From NCBI GenBank assembly GCA_963746065.1, contig CAVUZP010000001.1, positions 1,453,564 to 1,517,563 on the forward strand: DNA of 64,000 bases. The letters are read 5' to 3'. The notes beneath the pieces are model-generated. The model was not told the origin of the DNA, did no database searches, and saw nothing but the letters and a program-made list of their open reading frames with translations. Position numbers and translations under genes: made by a program. Source of the stretch: an uncultured Alphaproteobacteria bacterium (GTDB lineage Bacteria > Pseudomonadota > Alphaproteobacteria > Rhizobiales > Xanthobacteraceae). Of the stretch, positions 40,675 through 53,076 are shown in pieces (positions within the stretch are counted from its first letter, which is position 1; each line of letters opens with the position of its first letter).

Positions 40675-42054
40675 ATGGATGCACCCGTGCACAGCGCCAA
40701 ATCCCACGCCGCGGCGATCTCGATCCTGGCCAGCGGCTCGCTGGCCGTCGCGAAATTCGTGGTCGGTGTCGCCATCGGCAGTCTGGCGCTGATTTCCGAA
40801 GCTCTACACAGTGCGGTCGATCTGGTTGCAACCGTCATGACCTGGCTGGTCGTGCGGTTTTCCGATCGTCCGGCGGATGCCGAGCACCACTATGGGCACG
40901 GCAAGCTCGAAAGTCTTTCGGCACTGGCCATGATCGCGATGCTGTATGTGCTGGCGGGCGGCATCCTGGTCGAGGCCTTCGGCCGGCTGCGCGACGGTGC
41001 CGCGCCACCGACGCTGTCGGTCATCCCCTTCGCGGTGCTGCTGATCGACATTGTCGTCAACCTCTGGCGCGCCATGGTGCTGCATCGCACCGCCCGCGAT
41101 ACCAAGAGCCAGGCGCTGGCAGCCGATGCCATGCATTTCACGTCCGACGTGATCGGCTCGATCGCCGTCATCATCGGGCTGGCGCTGTCGGGCTTCGGTT
41201 ATGCCTGGGGCGATGCCGCCGCCGCGATCGGCGTCGCGGTGCTGATCTCCGCGCTGGGATTGCGGCTGGCGCGGTCTACCGTGGAAACCCTGCTCGACCA
41301 GGCCCCTGCAGGCGTATCGGAGAGGGCCGCCGCGGCCATCCGTGCGGTTCCCGGGGTCATCGACATCGAGCGCCTGCGGGCACGGATGGTGGGGCCGACC
41401 CACTTCATCGACGCCGTGGTCCAGGTTCCGCGCACCTATCCGATCGATCGAATCGACGAGATCAAGCGCAGTGCCCAGCGGGCGGTCGGCGCCGCACTCG
41501 ACGATGCCGACCTGACATTCACCGCGGTCCCGGTCGCGCGCAGCAACGAGAGCCTGCGCGAGCGCATCATGGTGATCGCGCGCAATGCCGGGCTCGCCAT
41601 CCACCACGTGACCGTGCACGACCTCGGCGGCAAGCTCACAGTCAGCATCGATCTCGAGGTGGACGGCGACATGGCGCTCGCCGCGGCGCACGACATCACC
41701 CACGACCTCGAACGCAACATCCGCGAGGAATTCGGCGAGGACATCGAACTCGATATTCATATCGAGCCGCTGGAACCCGAAATGCCGCTGGGCACCGACG
41801 CCGCACCCGACCGGATCGACGCGGTCCGGATTGCGCTGTGCGGGCTGGCCTGCGATGGCGCCATTCACGACATCCACAATGTGCGGGTCCGCAACACCGA
41901 GGCCGGCGAAATCGTCAACTTCCATTGCCGCGCCGCCCCCTCGATGAGCGTGATCCGGGTTCACGAGAGCGTCGACGAGATCGAGCGCGCCCTGCGCCGG
42001 GCCTTCCCGACCGTCAAACGCGTCATCAGTCACGCCGAGCCGGCCAGGGCCTGA
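40675..42054 (+). CDS. Cation diffusion facilitator with repeated C-terminal dimerization domains
   Basis: SEALHSAVD, HHYGHGKLE, ADAMHF; C-terminal DIHIEP and ISHAEP. Confidence 0.88.
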   Translation: MDAPVHSAKSHAAAISILASGSLAVAKFVVGVAIGSLALISEALHSAVDLVATVMTWLVVRFSDRPADAEHHYGHGKLESLSALAMIAMLYVLAGGILVEAFGRLRDGAAPPTLSVIPFAVLLIDIVVNLWRAMVLHRTARDTKSQALAADAMHFTSDVIGSIAVIIGLALSGFGYAWGDAAAAIGVAVLISALGLRLARSTVETLLDQAPAGVSERAAAAIRAVPGVIDIERLRARMVGPTHFIDAVVQVPRTYPIDRIDEIKRSAQRAVGAALDDADLTFTAVPVARSNESLRERIMVIARNAGLAIHHVTVHDLGGKLTVSIDLEVDGDMALAAAHDITHDLERNIREEFGEDIELDIHIEPLEPEMPLGTDAAPDRIDAVRIALCGLACDGAIHDIHNVRVRNTEAGEIVNFHCRAAPSMSVIRVHESVDEIERALRRAFPTVKRVISHAEPARA

Positions 42055-42299
42055 CCGCCCTTTTGCCTGATCCGATAAACGTCAAGGGTGATGGAACGAC
42101 GCCGACCGACGTTCTCGTTTCGGACTCACCTGTTATGTCCAATGCACGACATGGAAATGCACTGGATAAGATTTATTTCCATTAGGGTTTTGTTGACTCT
42201 CGACAGGGCCAGAAAACTGGATTCAAATCACATTGATTCGGAAGTGAGTGGGGTTCTTCCGATCGGCGTTCAGAAAATATTTCCATGGGGGTCAAGGGC

Positions 42300-44624
<2,325 letters not shown>

Positions 44625-44836
44625 TCCCGCCTCGCGGCGCCGTCAAGCTCCAGCTCTGCCTGCTTACGCCGGACATGCCGAATCGCCGCATCGATCGCGC
44701 GCTGCGTTCGGCGGGCGTCGAGGCGGCACCGACCCTGACCTCCAATTCTACATCGTGCTGTACACCCATGCGAAGACCGGACGCTGCGCGAGCGTGATGC
44801 CGGCGCGGCTGGCGCACGCTAGGCCTGTCGGATGCG

Positions 44837-45067
44837 GTGCGCACCATTCACCGCCTTCCACGTGACCTCGTCGCGGTCGCCATACATGCGTCGGGTGAGA
44901 TCATCGCCGAAGCGATCAGGCCCGCAGCCGTGGTGACGTCAGGCCGAAGGTTTTTGCCAGGCGAGATCAGGGCAATCGCCCGCGCCGATGGGTTCGAGGT
45001 CTTCACCCATCCCGGAAGGATCTGGTCGGAAGACGCCATCACGCGGGGAGCCGTCCATGTCGCCTGA
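44837..45067 (+). pseudogene. fdhD: Internally deleted fdhD/fdsC remnant
   Basis: IAEAIRPAAVVTSGRRF (mid-FdhD-like) joined directly to AIARADGFEVFTHPGRI (C-terminus-like); overlaps the fdsD start. Confidence 0.55.
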
Positions 45068-45269
45068 CCGGCTGATCTACATGGCCAACCAGATCGGCAC
45101 CTTCTTCAGGACCCAGGGACCCGGAAAGGTCGTCCCCGGGGTTGCCGACCATATTCGCAAGTTCTGGGATCCGCAAATGCGGTCGGTTATCCTGGCGCAT
45201 CTGGACGCCGGCGGCGCCGGGCTGGAGCCCGATGTACGCGATGCCATCGCGGCCTTGCGGCAGACCTAG
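45057..45269 (+). CDS. fdsD: NAD-dependent formate dehydrogenase delta subunit
   Basis: LIYMANQIGTFF and VADHIRKFWDPQMR. Confidence 0.88.
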   Translation: MSPDRLIYMANQIGTFFRTQGPGKVVPGVADHIRKFWDPQMRSVILAHLDAGGAGLEPDVRDAIAALRQT

Positions 45270-45310
45270 CCTCGTGCTGCGGGACGCGGTCTTTCTGGCA
45301 GGGTACGGCG

Positions 45311-48280
45311 CTAACCGCCGACCGCGCCGATCAGCGCGACGAACACCCTTCGCACCTCGGCCTGGGTCTCGCGTATCCGGGCCTCGAGTGAGGAGAAATC
45401 CGGGGCGTCGCCGGCGCGTGCCAGGATCCGCAGCAGATCATCCCCGGCGACTTCCGGCCGGAACTTGTCGCTGACGCAGAGCCGCAGGATCTGCGTCAGG
45501 TCGTGATAGAGGCGGGTCGCCGATCGCAGGACTTCGGCCGAGGATTGCGGCAGCACCCCGAGCCGCGGGGCGTTGTCCAGCACCTGCATCGTGCTGACGT
45601 CGAGAATGTCCGGCTTGTCGGCGGCATGCACCAGCTGGAGATACTGGGCGATGAAATCGACGTCGAGCAGCCCGCCGGCGGCGAATTTGATATCCCAGAC
45701 GTCGCTCTCTCCCTTCTCCAGCGCGATGGCCCGACGCATGTCGGCGACGTCGACGGCGATCCGGCCGGCGTCCCGCCGCCGCGTCAGCACCTCGCGGATG
45801 ACCGCCTCTATCCGGTCCCGCAATTGCGGCGGGGCCGAGATCACCCGGGCGCGGGTCAGCGCCATGTGCTCCCAGGTCCAGGCCTCGCGATGCTGATATT
45901 CGGCAAACAAGTCGAGCCGCGAGGCCACCGGGCCGGCGCGGCCGGACGGGCGTAGCCGCATATCGACGTCATAGAGCACGCCGTAATTGGTGCGCGTGGT
46001 GAACGCGCTGATCAGCCGCTGGGTGAAGCGGGCGAAATAGTGCGAGCCTTGCAGGGATCGTGCCCCGTCGGAATCGGGTTCGTCATGGTCGAAATCGTAG
46101 AGCAGGATCAGATCGAGATCCGATGAAGCGGTCATCTCGCGACTGCCGAGCCGGCCCATGGCGAGAATTGCGGTCTCCTGCCGCTTGATCCGGCCATGCT
46201 GGGCCGCGAACCGCTCGGTCACCAGGCCGTGGACGGTATCGACAATGCCCTCGGCGACTTCGGCGAAAGCGACGCTCGCCTGCGAAGCCGACACCGTGCC
46301 GGACAGGATCCGCGTGCCGATCAGGAACAGGCTCTCCTGGCCGAACAAGCGAAGCCGATCAAGAAATTCCTCGTAGGAATCCGCATCGGCCAGGGTTGCG
46401 GCCAGCCGCGCCGACAACTCCTTCTGGTCCGGCATCGCGCCAAAAAAACGCGGATCGATCAAGCCGTCCATGATCTGCGGCTGCCGCGCCAGCATGTCGG
46501 CAAGTCGCGGCGCGGCGCCGAGAATCAGCGCCACCAGGGCGACGAGATCGCTGTTCTGGCTGAGCAGCGAGACCAGCCGGCCGCCGCGCTGGAGCGCGAG
46601 CAGAAAGCGGTCGAAGGCCGCCACCGCGTCGTCGGGTTCCTCCGCATGGGCCAGACCGGCGATCAGCGCCGGGACGAACTCGACAAAGGCATTCCGGGTC
46701 GCCGGCAGCCGGAACACCCGGTAATCGCCGGCGATCCATTGCTGCACCGTCGTCGCCGCCACCAGCGGCTTCTTGAACCCGATCGCGGCGAGGTGCTCGA
46801 CCAAGCGGGAATCTTCCGGGCCGCCACAATAGTCGACGGCCGGCAGTTTCGCGGTGCCGGTCGGGTCGCCTTCGAACAGCTTGCCATAGTGACCCTGGAC
46901 TACGTCGAGATGACCGAGAAGGTCCTTTGCGAAGGCGGCGCGGCTCTCATAGCCCAGGAAGCGGGCGAAACGTTCGACCGCCTCGGGATTGTCGGGCAGC
47001 GTATGGGTCTGCTCGTCGGCCATCATCTGCAGCCGGTGCTCGACCCGCCGCAGGAATTGATAGGCGGCCGACATCTCGTCCCGTGCCTCGACGGTGATCC
47101 AGTTGCTCGAAGCCAGCACCCTCAAGGCCTCGAGCGTCGGCCGCACCCGCAGTTCAGGATGCCGGCCACCGGCAATCAGCTGCTGGGTCTGGGCGAAGAA
47201 CTCGATTTCGCGGATGCCGCCGCGTCCCACCTTGACATTGTGGCCCTCGACCGCGATCTCGCTCTGGCCGCGAAAGGTCTGCATCTGCCGCTTCATGTCG
47301 TGGACGTCAGCCAGTGCCGCAAAATCGAGATGCTTACGCCAGACAAACGGCGCGATCTCGGCGATCAGCGCTTCGCCGGCAGCGGCATCGCCGGCACAGG
47401 GCCGCGCCTTGATCATGGCGGCGCGCTCCCAGGTCCGTCCCTCCCGCTCGTAATAGTTCAGCGCCGAGGCGGTCGAGATCGCCACCTGGGTCGATGCCGG
47501 ATCCGGCCGCAGCCGCAGATCGACCCGGAACACGTATCCATCGCCGGAACGCTGCTGCAGAAGCCGCGCCATCGCCTGGGTGAGGCGGACGAAAAACGGC
47601 TGCGGCTCGATATCTTCGGCCAGGGTGGTGGCCTCGGCATCGAAAAACACGATCAGGTCGATGTCGCTGGAGAAGTTCAGCTCGCCGGCGCCCATCTTGC
47701 CCATGGCAAGCACGATCAGCCCGCTTTTCTCCTCGGGACGATCGATATCGGGCGCCGCCAACCGCCCTCGCCGCGCTTCCTGGCGCAACAAATAGCGCAG
47801 CGCCGAGCGCACGGCAGCGACCGCAAGATCGGTGAGCCCGGCCGTGACCTGCATCACCGGCCACACACCGCCGATGTCGCACAGCGCGATCAGCAGCGCG
47901 GCTTCCGCCTTCATCCGGCGCAACGTCCGCATCGCATCCGCCTCGCTCGATGCGGCCTCGACGTCGTGACAGCTGACCTCGATCAGGCGAGCCAGATGCG
48001 GCTCCGGCGCACATTCGAACAGACGGATCGCCCGCGCCGCATCGGCCCGCAGCAGATCGAACAGATAGGGCGAGGCCTCCGCGATGCCGAGCAGCACGGT
48101 GTTGAGTCGGGGATAGCGCGCGGCAAGCCCGCGGATCGCAGCCGCCTGCGGCGGCTCGAGATCGACGAGCCATCCGGCCAGACGCTGTTCGGCTTCGGCG
48201 GGCGCGGACACATGCGGCCCGTCGACGAACCGCGCGGCGAGACAATGTTGGTCCGCCCCGCCCTTCGCGGAGGAGATCAT
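45311..48280 (-). CDS. glnE: Glutamine synthetase adenylyltransferase
   Basis: Two nucleotidyltransferase domains: MGKMGAGELNFSSDIDL with RVDLRLRP, and MGRLGSREMTASSDLDL with DMRLRPSG. Confidence 0.95.
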   Translation of the reverse strand: MISSAKGGADQHCLAARFVDGPHVSAPAEAEQRLAGWLVDLEPPQAAAIRGLAARYPRLNTVLLGIAEASPYLFDLLRADAARAIRLFECAPEPHLARLIEVSCHDVEAASSEADAMRTLRRMKAEAALLIALCDIGGVWPVMQVTAGLTDLAVAAVRSALRYLLRQEARRGRLAAPDIDRPEEKSGLIVLAMGKMGAGELNFSSDIDLIVFFDAEATTLAEDIEPQPFFVRLTQAMARLLQQRSGDGYVFRVDLRLRPDPASTQVAISTASALNYYEREGRTWERAAMIKARPCAGDAAAGEALIAEIAPFVWRKHLDFAALADVHDMKRQMQTFRGQSEIAVEGHNVKVGRGGIREIEFFAQTQQLIAGGRHPELRVRPTLEALRVLASSNWITVEARDEMSAAYQFLRRVEHRLQMMADEQTHTLPDNPEAVERFARFLGYESRAAFAKDLLGHLDVVQGHYGKLFEGDPTGTAKLPAVDYCGGPEDSRLVEHLAAIGFKKPLVAATTVQQWIAGDYRVFRLPATRNAFVEFVPALIAGLAHAEEPDDAVAAFDRFLLALQRGGRLVSLLSQNSDLVALVALILGAAPRLADMLARQPQIMDGLIDPRFFGAMPDQKELSARLAATLADADSYEEFLDRLRLFGQESLFLIGTRILSGTVSASQASVAFAEVAEGIVDTVHGLVTERFAAQHGRIKRQETAILAMGRLGSREMTASSDLDLILLYDFDHDEPDSDGARSLQGSHYFARFTQRLISAFTTRTNYGVLYDVDMRLRPSGRAGPVASRLDLFAEYQHREAWTWEHMALTRARVISAPPQLRDRIEAVIREVLTRRRDAGRIAVDVADMRRAIALEKGESDVWDIKFAAGGLLDVDFIAQYLQLVHAADKPDILDVSTMQVLDNAPRLGVLPQSSAEVLRSATRLYHDLTQILRLCVSDKFRPEVAGDDLLRILARAGDAPDFSSLEARIRETQAEVRRVFVALIGAVGG

Positions 48281-49746
48281 GCCACCTTTTGTGGCATATC
48301 AGGCAATTGTGCCGCAAGCCTGTCGCCGACGTCGCCGGCCAAGGCCGGAAGCGCCAGCGTCGCACGCAACCCCGGCTCGGCGTCGCCGAGCCTCAGTTCG
48401 CCGCCGTGCAGGGTCGCCACCGCCGCGGCCAGGCTCAAGCCGAGCCCGGAACCTGGCAGCGTGCGGCTCGCCTCCAGGCGCACAAACCGCTCCACGGCGT
48501 GACTGCGGTCGGCGACCGGGATGCCCGGACCGTGGTCGGTGACACTGAGCAGCACGCGATCGCCGTCGCGGCGCGCTTCGATCAGGATGTCCCTGGCAGC
48601 GGCGTCGGCGACCGTATCGGCGCCAAGCGATGACGCGACCGGCTTGCCGTATTTGATCGCATTCTCCACGAGATTGGCCAACGCCTGGCTGATCAATTCG
48701 CGATTGCCGTGCAGCGGCGCCGGCACCGTCTTGACCTGCAGCGTCATCCCATCGTCTTCCGCCACTGGCTCATAAAGTTCATGGATGCCGTTCGCCACCG
48801 CGGCAGCGTCGAAATCGTCCATGTTGTCGCGCGCCTGGCCGGATTCGGCGCGCGCAATCATCAACAGCGCGTTGAAGGTGCGGATCAAGCCGTCGGATTC
48901 CTCGATGGTGCGCTCCAGCGCGGCGCGATATTCGGCTTCGTTGCTGGATTTCGCCAGCGCCTCCTCGGCGCGGTTGCGCAGCCGCGTCAACGGAGTCTTC
49001 AGATCATGGGCGATGTTGTCGGATACCTCCTTGAGCCCCATCATCAGGGCCTCGATCCGCTCCAGCATGACATTGAGATTTTCCGCCAGGCGGTCGAGTT
49101 CGTCGCCACTGCGGCCGACCGGCAACCGTCCGCTGAGATCGCCCGCCATGATGCGCTGGGTCGTGCCGGTCATGGCGTCGATGCGGTACAGGACCCGGCG
49201 GGCGACGAAGACGCCACCGCCCAGCCCGAGCACGACAACGATCAGCAGCGACCATTGCGCCGCCTTGGCCACGATCCCGAACAGCCGCCGCCGCTCCTCG
49301 AGGTCGCGGCCGACCAGCAGCCGAAAGCCGCTCGACAATTCGGTGACGCGCACCAGCGCGCGGTGATCCGCGGTGTCCTGGTCGTCGAGCCGCCGATAGG
49401 CGGTTTCCGACCAGCCCGACGTCCCCATCACACCGGCCGCAAGCGAACCGACATTGCCGGCGACCGCCATCCCCGCCGGCGTGGTCACGAGATAGAGGTT
49501 GGCGCCGGGCCGCAATGCCCGGTTCTCGATGGTGATGACCAGACCGCGCAGGCCGCGGCGGGCATAGATGTCGGAGATCTCGCCGGTTTCCGCGTTTACG
49601 GTGGTAGTAATCTGCTCGGTGATCAAGCGGCGGGTATTCCAGGCAAAGAAGCCCAGCAGCGACGCGGCAAACAAGGCAAACAGGAACAGATAGACCAGCG
49701 TCAGCCGGAACGCCGTGGTACGGATCAGCTTACCGAATGCCGTCAC
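48277..49746 (-). CDS. HAMP sensor histidine kinase (OmpR-partner type)
   Basis: Two TM segments, HAMP (GDELDRLA), H-box NIAHDLKTPLTRL, NLVENAIKY, DHGPGI and GSGLGL. Confidence 0.92.
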   Translation of the reverse strand: MTAFGKLIRTTAFRLTLVYLFLFALFAASLLGFFAWNTRRLITEQITTTVNAETGEISDIYARRGLRGLVITIENRALRPGANLYLVTTPAGMAVAGNVGSLAAGVMGTSGWSETAYRRLDDQDTADHRALVRVTELSSGFRLLVGRDLEERRRLFGIVAKAAQWSLLIVVVLGLGGGVFVARRVLYRIDAMTGTTQRIMAGDLSGRLPVGRSGDELDRLAENLNVMLERIEALMMGLKEVSDNIAHDLKTPLTRLRNRAEEALAKSSNEAEYRAALERTIEESDGLIRTFNALLMIARAESGQARDNMDDFDAAAVANGIHELYEPVAEDDGMTLQVKTVPAPLHGNRELISQALANLVENAIKYGKPVASSLGADTVADAAARDILIEARRDGDRVLLSVTDHGPGIPVADRSHAVERFVRLEASRTLPGSGLGLSLAAAVATLHGGELRLGDAEPGLRATLALPALAGDVGDRLAAQLPDMPQKVA

Positions 49747-49758
49747 GGATCATGTACC
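49730..49758 (-). pseudogene. 3'-terminal remnant of an OmpR-family response regulator
   Basis: TAC ATG ATC CGT GAC GGC ATT CGG TAA (YMIRDGIR*) overlaps the kinase start; no upstream coding continuation. Confidence 0.5.
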
Positions 49759-50182
49759 GGTTCTGAGCATGTCGCCGGGTGTCGCGCGACATTCCCTTGT
49801 GCTGCAAATCGTTATATTTCATATACTTATCATCATGTCGTGTCGCGGCGCTGAGCCGGCGAGCATCGGGAACTGCCCACTGCAGATCAGGGCGATGGTA
49901 CCGTGCCGCAGCCCGCGGCCCAAGTTAAAGCTCGGAAAGCTGGCCCTTGCTACGCAGGCTGTCACGCGGCCAGGACGGCCGGACATGCTTCGGGCACCCT
50001 GTGGGGGTCCGACCCGTCACCAAGCCACCGGGAAAGTGTCGGTTGGTCCATGCGGGAGGGCCCGGAACGCGTGAACGCCCGAGACGCCTCCCGCGTTGCG
50101 GAACCTTGGCGCGGGAGCAACCGTCGATCAGATTCTCCGCCTTCAGGAAGCCGGACGGCGAAATCGCCATCCTCGCGCGACG

Positions 50183-51016
50183 TCATTTGCGCTGTCGCCT
50201 TGCCTGCGGCTCGATCGCATCGATCAATCTTGCCGAGTCCGTCACGAATCCGAAGCATTTCTTGACATTGAAGATCGTGGCTTCAACGCAGAAGGACGGC
50301 GAGGTCGTGGCGCAGCAGTCCTCGACGAAAAGGCAACCATAGCCAAGGAAGTTGGCGTCTGTCAGCGAATGCAGCACACACTGATCCGAATTGACGCCAG
50401 CGAACAGGATCGTTTTGGTTCCCAGATTGCGGAGGATGCTGTCGAGCGGCGTATCCCAGAAGCCGCTGATCCGGTACTTGTCGACGTGGATGTCGTCCGG
50501 CTCCTGCTTCAGTTCGTCCACCACGGCGGCTGCCCAGCTGTCTTTCTGCAAGACAGCCGCTCCGCTTCCGGGCAACGGCTCGCCAAGGCCGATACCCACG
50601 CCTTTTGGCTTGTATAGATGTAGCTGATTGGGCGGCATGTTCTTGAGGTCGGGTCGATTGCCCCAGTTCACCCAGATCACGCGCACGCCCGCGCTGCGCA
50701 GCACCGGCAGAAGCTTCTGCAGAGGTCCGATCGGGGCCCGGTCCGGCGTGAAGTCGACACCGAGGTGATCGACCCACCCGCCCTTTGCGCAGAAGTCGTT
50801 CTGCATGTCGATCACGACAATCGCGGTTCGATTCAGATCAAGCGTTACCGTCTGAGGCTGGGCATCGATCGTCACCGCCACGGGCGACGGTGCCGGCATC
50901 GCCATATTGACGTTGTTCTCATCCACCAGCCACTGGTACGCCGGCGCGGACCCAAGAGGGTTCGCAGTCGTCGTCCCGCCCAAGTTCGCCACTTTCGTCA
51001 TGCTGGAAGTCGTCAT
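50183..51016 (-). CDS. Cysteine hydrolase (isochorismatase family)
   Basis: Asp-Lys-Cys triad in IDMQNDF, VDKYRISGF and GVNSDQCV. Confidence 0.88.
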   Translation of the reverse strand: MTTSSMTKVANLGGTTTANPLGSAPAYQWLVDENNVNMAMPAPSPVAVTIDAQPQTVTLDLNRTAIVVIDMQNDFCAKGGWVDHLGVDFTPDRAPIGPLQKLLPVLRSAGVRVIWVNWGNRPDLKNMPPNQLHLYKPKGVGIGLGEPLPGSGAAVLQKDSWAAAVVDELKQEPDDIHVDKYRISGFWDTPLDSILRNLGTKTILFAGVNSDQCVLHSLTDANFLGYGCLFVEDCCATTSPSFCVEATIFNVKKCFGFVTDSARLIDAIEPQARRQRK

Positions 51017-51058
51017 CGTTTCCTCCTGTTCGCTTCTTACCCGGAATTGGTCTGCAAA

Positions 51059-51982
51059 TCAGCCACCTCGTTCGAACGGAACGGTCAGCGCCGCGGGCTG
51101 TCTGCTTTTGCCAACGAGCCCGGCAATGGCGATCAGTGCGAGCAGATAGGGCAACAGCAAGAGCAGCGCCACCGGGACGTCCCATTGCAATGACGGCACC
51201 AGGAACTGCAGCGCGGTCGCGAAGCCGAACAGGAGACATGCAGCCAGCGTGTTCCAGGGCTTCCAGCCGCCGAAGATGACCGCCGTGATGGCGAGATATC
51301 CGGCACCCTTGGTCATGTTTTCCGTGAACGTATTGCTGTCAGCCACGGACATGAAGGCCCCTCCGAGACCGGCGAGGATCCCGGCGTAGAGTACGCCGAG
51401 ATAGCGCGTCCTGGTTACGCTGATCCCCGCCTTGTCGGCGGCGCGCGGGTCTTCGCCGACCGCGCGCACTGCCAGTCCGAACGACGTATAGTTCAAGATC
51501 AGCCACGTCACGACGACCATCAAGATGCTGACATAGGCCAGGCCGGTCTGATGGAAAAATGCCGGCCCGATCACCGGGATGCTGGCGAGCCACGGTACAT
51601 CAAGCTGCGCAAAGCCGGGAATCGGATCCCGCGACAGCGGGCCGAAAATCTCGCGATACAGAAACGTGGTCGCGCCCAGCGCGAGGATGTTGAATCCGAT
51701 CCCCACGACGAGCTGATTGGCGCGCAAGGTGACGCTCAGGACGGCCTGCATCCCCGCAACCGCCGTTGCGACGAGCACGCCGACGGCTACGCCGGCAAGC
51801 GGCGAGCCCGTCGCCCATGACGCCAGCGCGGCGGCGAAGGCAGACATCAGCATCATGCCGTCGAGGCTGAGGTTGAGCACGCCGGCGCGCTCGCTCAGCA
51901 TCTCGCCCGTGGCCGCGAAAATGATCGGCACGGCGAGACGCAGTCCGGAGCCGAGGAAGACCGCCATTTGTTCATCGATCAT
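51059..51982 (-). CDS. Nucleoside-type ABC transporter permease
   Basis: GEMLSERAGVLNL, GLAVRAVGEDP and GAGYLAI. Confidence 0.88.
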   Translation of the reverse strand: MIDEQMAVFLGSGLRLAVPIIFAATGEMLSERAGVLNLSLDGMMLMSAFAAALASWATGSPLAGVAVGVLVATAVAGMQAVLSVTLRANQLVVGIGFNILALGATTFLYREIFGPLSRDPIPGFAQLDVPWLASIPVIGPAFFHQTGLAYVSILMVVVTWLILNYTSFGLAVRAVGEDPRAADKAGISVTRTRYLGVLYAGILAGLGGAFMSVADSNTFTENMTKGAGYLAITAVIFGGWKPWNTLAACLLFGFATALQFLVPSLQWDVPVALLLLLPYLLALIAIAGLVGKSRQPAALTVPFERGG

Positions 51983-53076
51983 CGGCCCACCTTTCGGTCG
52001 GTGAACATCGCCGAGCCGGCGATGATGATAACGATCAGGCCCTGGCAGATCAGGACGACGGCTGCCGGAACCTGTGCCGAGATTTCCATGTTGATCGAGC
52101 CCGATCGCAGAAAGCCAAACAGCAGCGCGCCGAGAACCACGCCGATGACCGAGCCCCGCGACAGGAGACCGACGACCAATCCGTCGAAGCCATAGCCCGA
52201 GGAAAAGTCGCTGGTCAGGTAGAATTGCTGGCCCAGGACCATGATGGCGCCGGCCAGTCCCCCGAGACCACCCGAGACCGCCATTGCGAGCACGATATAG
52301 CGGCTCGTCTGCATGCCGGCTCGACGGGATGCGGTCGCGTTCAGGCCGACTGCCCGCAGGCGCAGGCCGAACGCGCTGTGCTTCAACACCAACCAGACCA
52401 GAAAGGCCATGATCACCGCAATCGGCAGCCCGATATGAAGCGGCGAGCCGTCGTCCGGAAACAACAGCGGCAGCTTGGTGGGATCCGGAATCTCGGGAGA
52501 TTCCGGCAAGGAGGAGAGATCGGTAATCGGCTTTCGCAGCAGCGCGAAGGATTCGACCGACCAATACACGAGGGGCAATGCGATGAACGTCAACAGCAAG
52601 GTGCTGATGACCTCGTTGGTACCGCGCGCCGCCTTGAGAATGCCGGCCAATCCGCCCCACAGGGCGCCCGCCGCGGCGCCGGCGGCGAGCGGCACCGCAT
52701 AGCTCAACCCTGCCCCCAGACTGCCGGCGCCATGTAGCGCCACGGCGGTCGCGAACATTCCGCCCATGGCGATCTGGCCCTCGCCTCCGACGTTGGTCAG
52801 ATTGCCGCGGTTGGCGAAAATGAAGCCGAGGCCGACCAGACCGAGGCTGATGGCCCGATTGAGCGAGGCGCCGATGTTGTAGGGACTGCCTGCCATCCCG
52901 TCCCAGAACGCCCCGACTGCATCGCTCACCGACCCGCCGGTCGATGCGATGATGAGCAGGCCGATTCCGAGCGCGACGATGGTCGACGCCACCGGGACGA
53001 CCACCTGCAACGGCACCCAGCCCGATCGACTACGCTGCAAGGCCGGATGCTTCATGCCGATCGCCAGCTTAGACAT
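51979..53076 (-). CDS. Nucleoside-type ABC transporter permease
   Basis: NVGGEGQ, NEVISTLLL, GLRLRAVG and GYGFDG. Confidence 0.88.
   Translation of the reverse strand: MSKLAIGMKHPALQRSRSGWVPLQVVVPVASTIVALGIGLLIIASTGGSVSDAVGAFWDGMAGSPYNIGASLNRAISLGLVGLGFIFANRGNLTNVGGEGQIAMGGMFATAVALHGAGSLGAGLSYAVPLAAGAAAGALWGGLAGILKAARGTNEVISTLLLTFIALPLVYWSVESFALLRKPITDLSSLPESPEIPDPTKLPLLFPDDGSPLHIGLPIAVIMAFLVWLVLKHSAFGLRLRAVGLNATASRRAGMQTSRYIVLAMAVSGGLGGLAGAIMVLGQQFYLTSDFSSGYGFDGLVVGLLSRGSVIGVVLGALLFGFLRSGSINMEISAQVPAAVVLICQGLIVIIIAGSAMFTDRKVGR

Noticed and set aside
42182-42196. TTAG-N7-TTGA as a CtrA box upstream of pleC
   Set aside because: Both half-sites mismatch TTAA-N7-TTAA; too weak to call.
49903-50342. 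ORFs or an IS element in the junction region
   Set aside because: No transposase or integrase motif and no identifiable terminal repeat pair; kept only as a junction observation.
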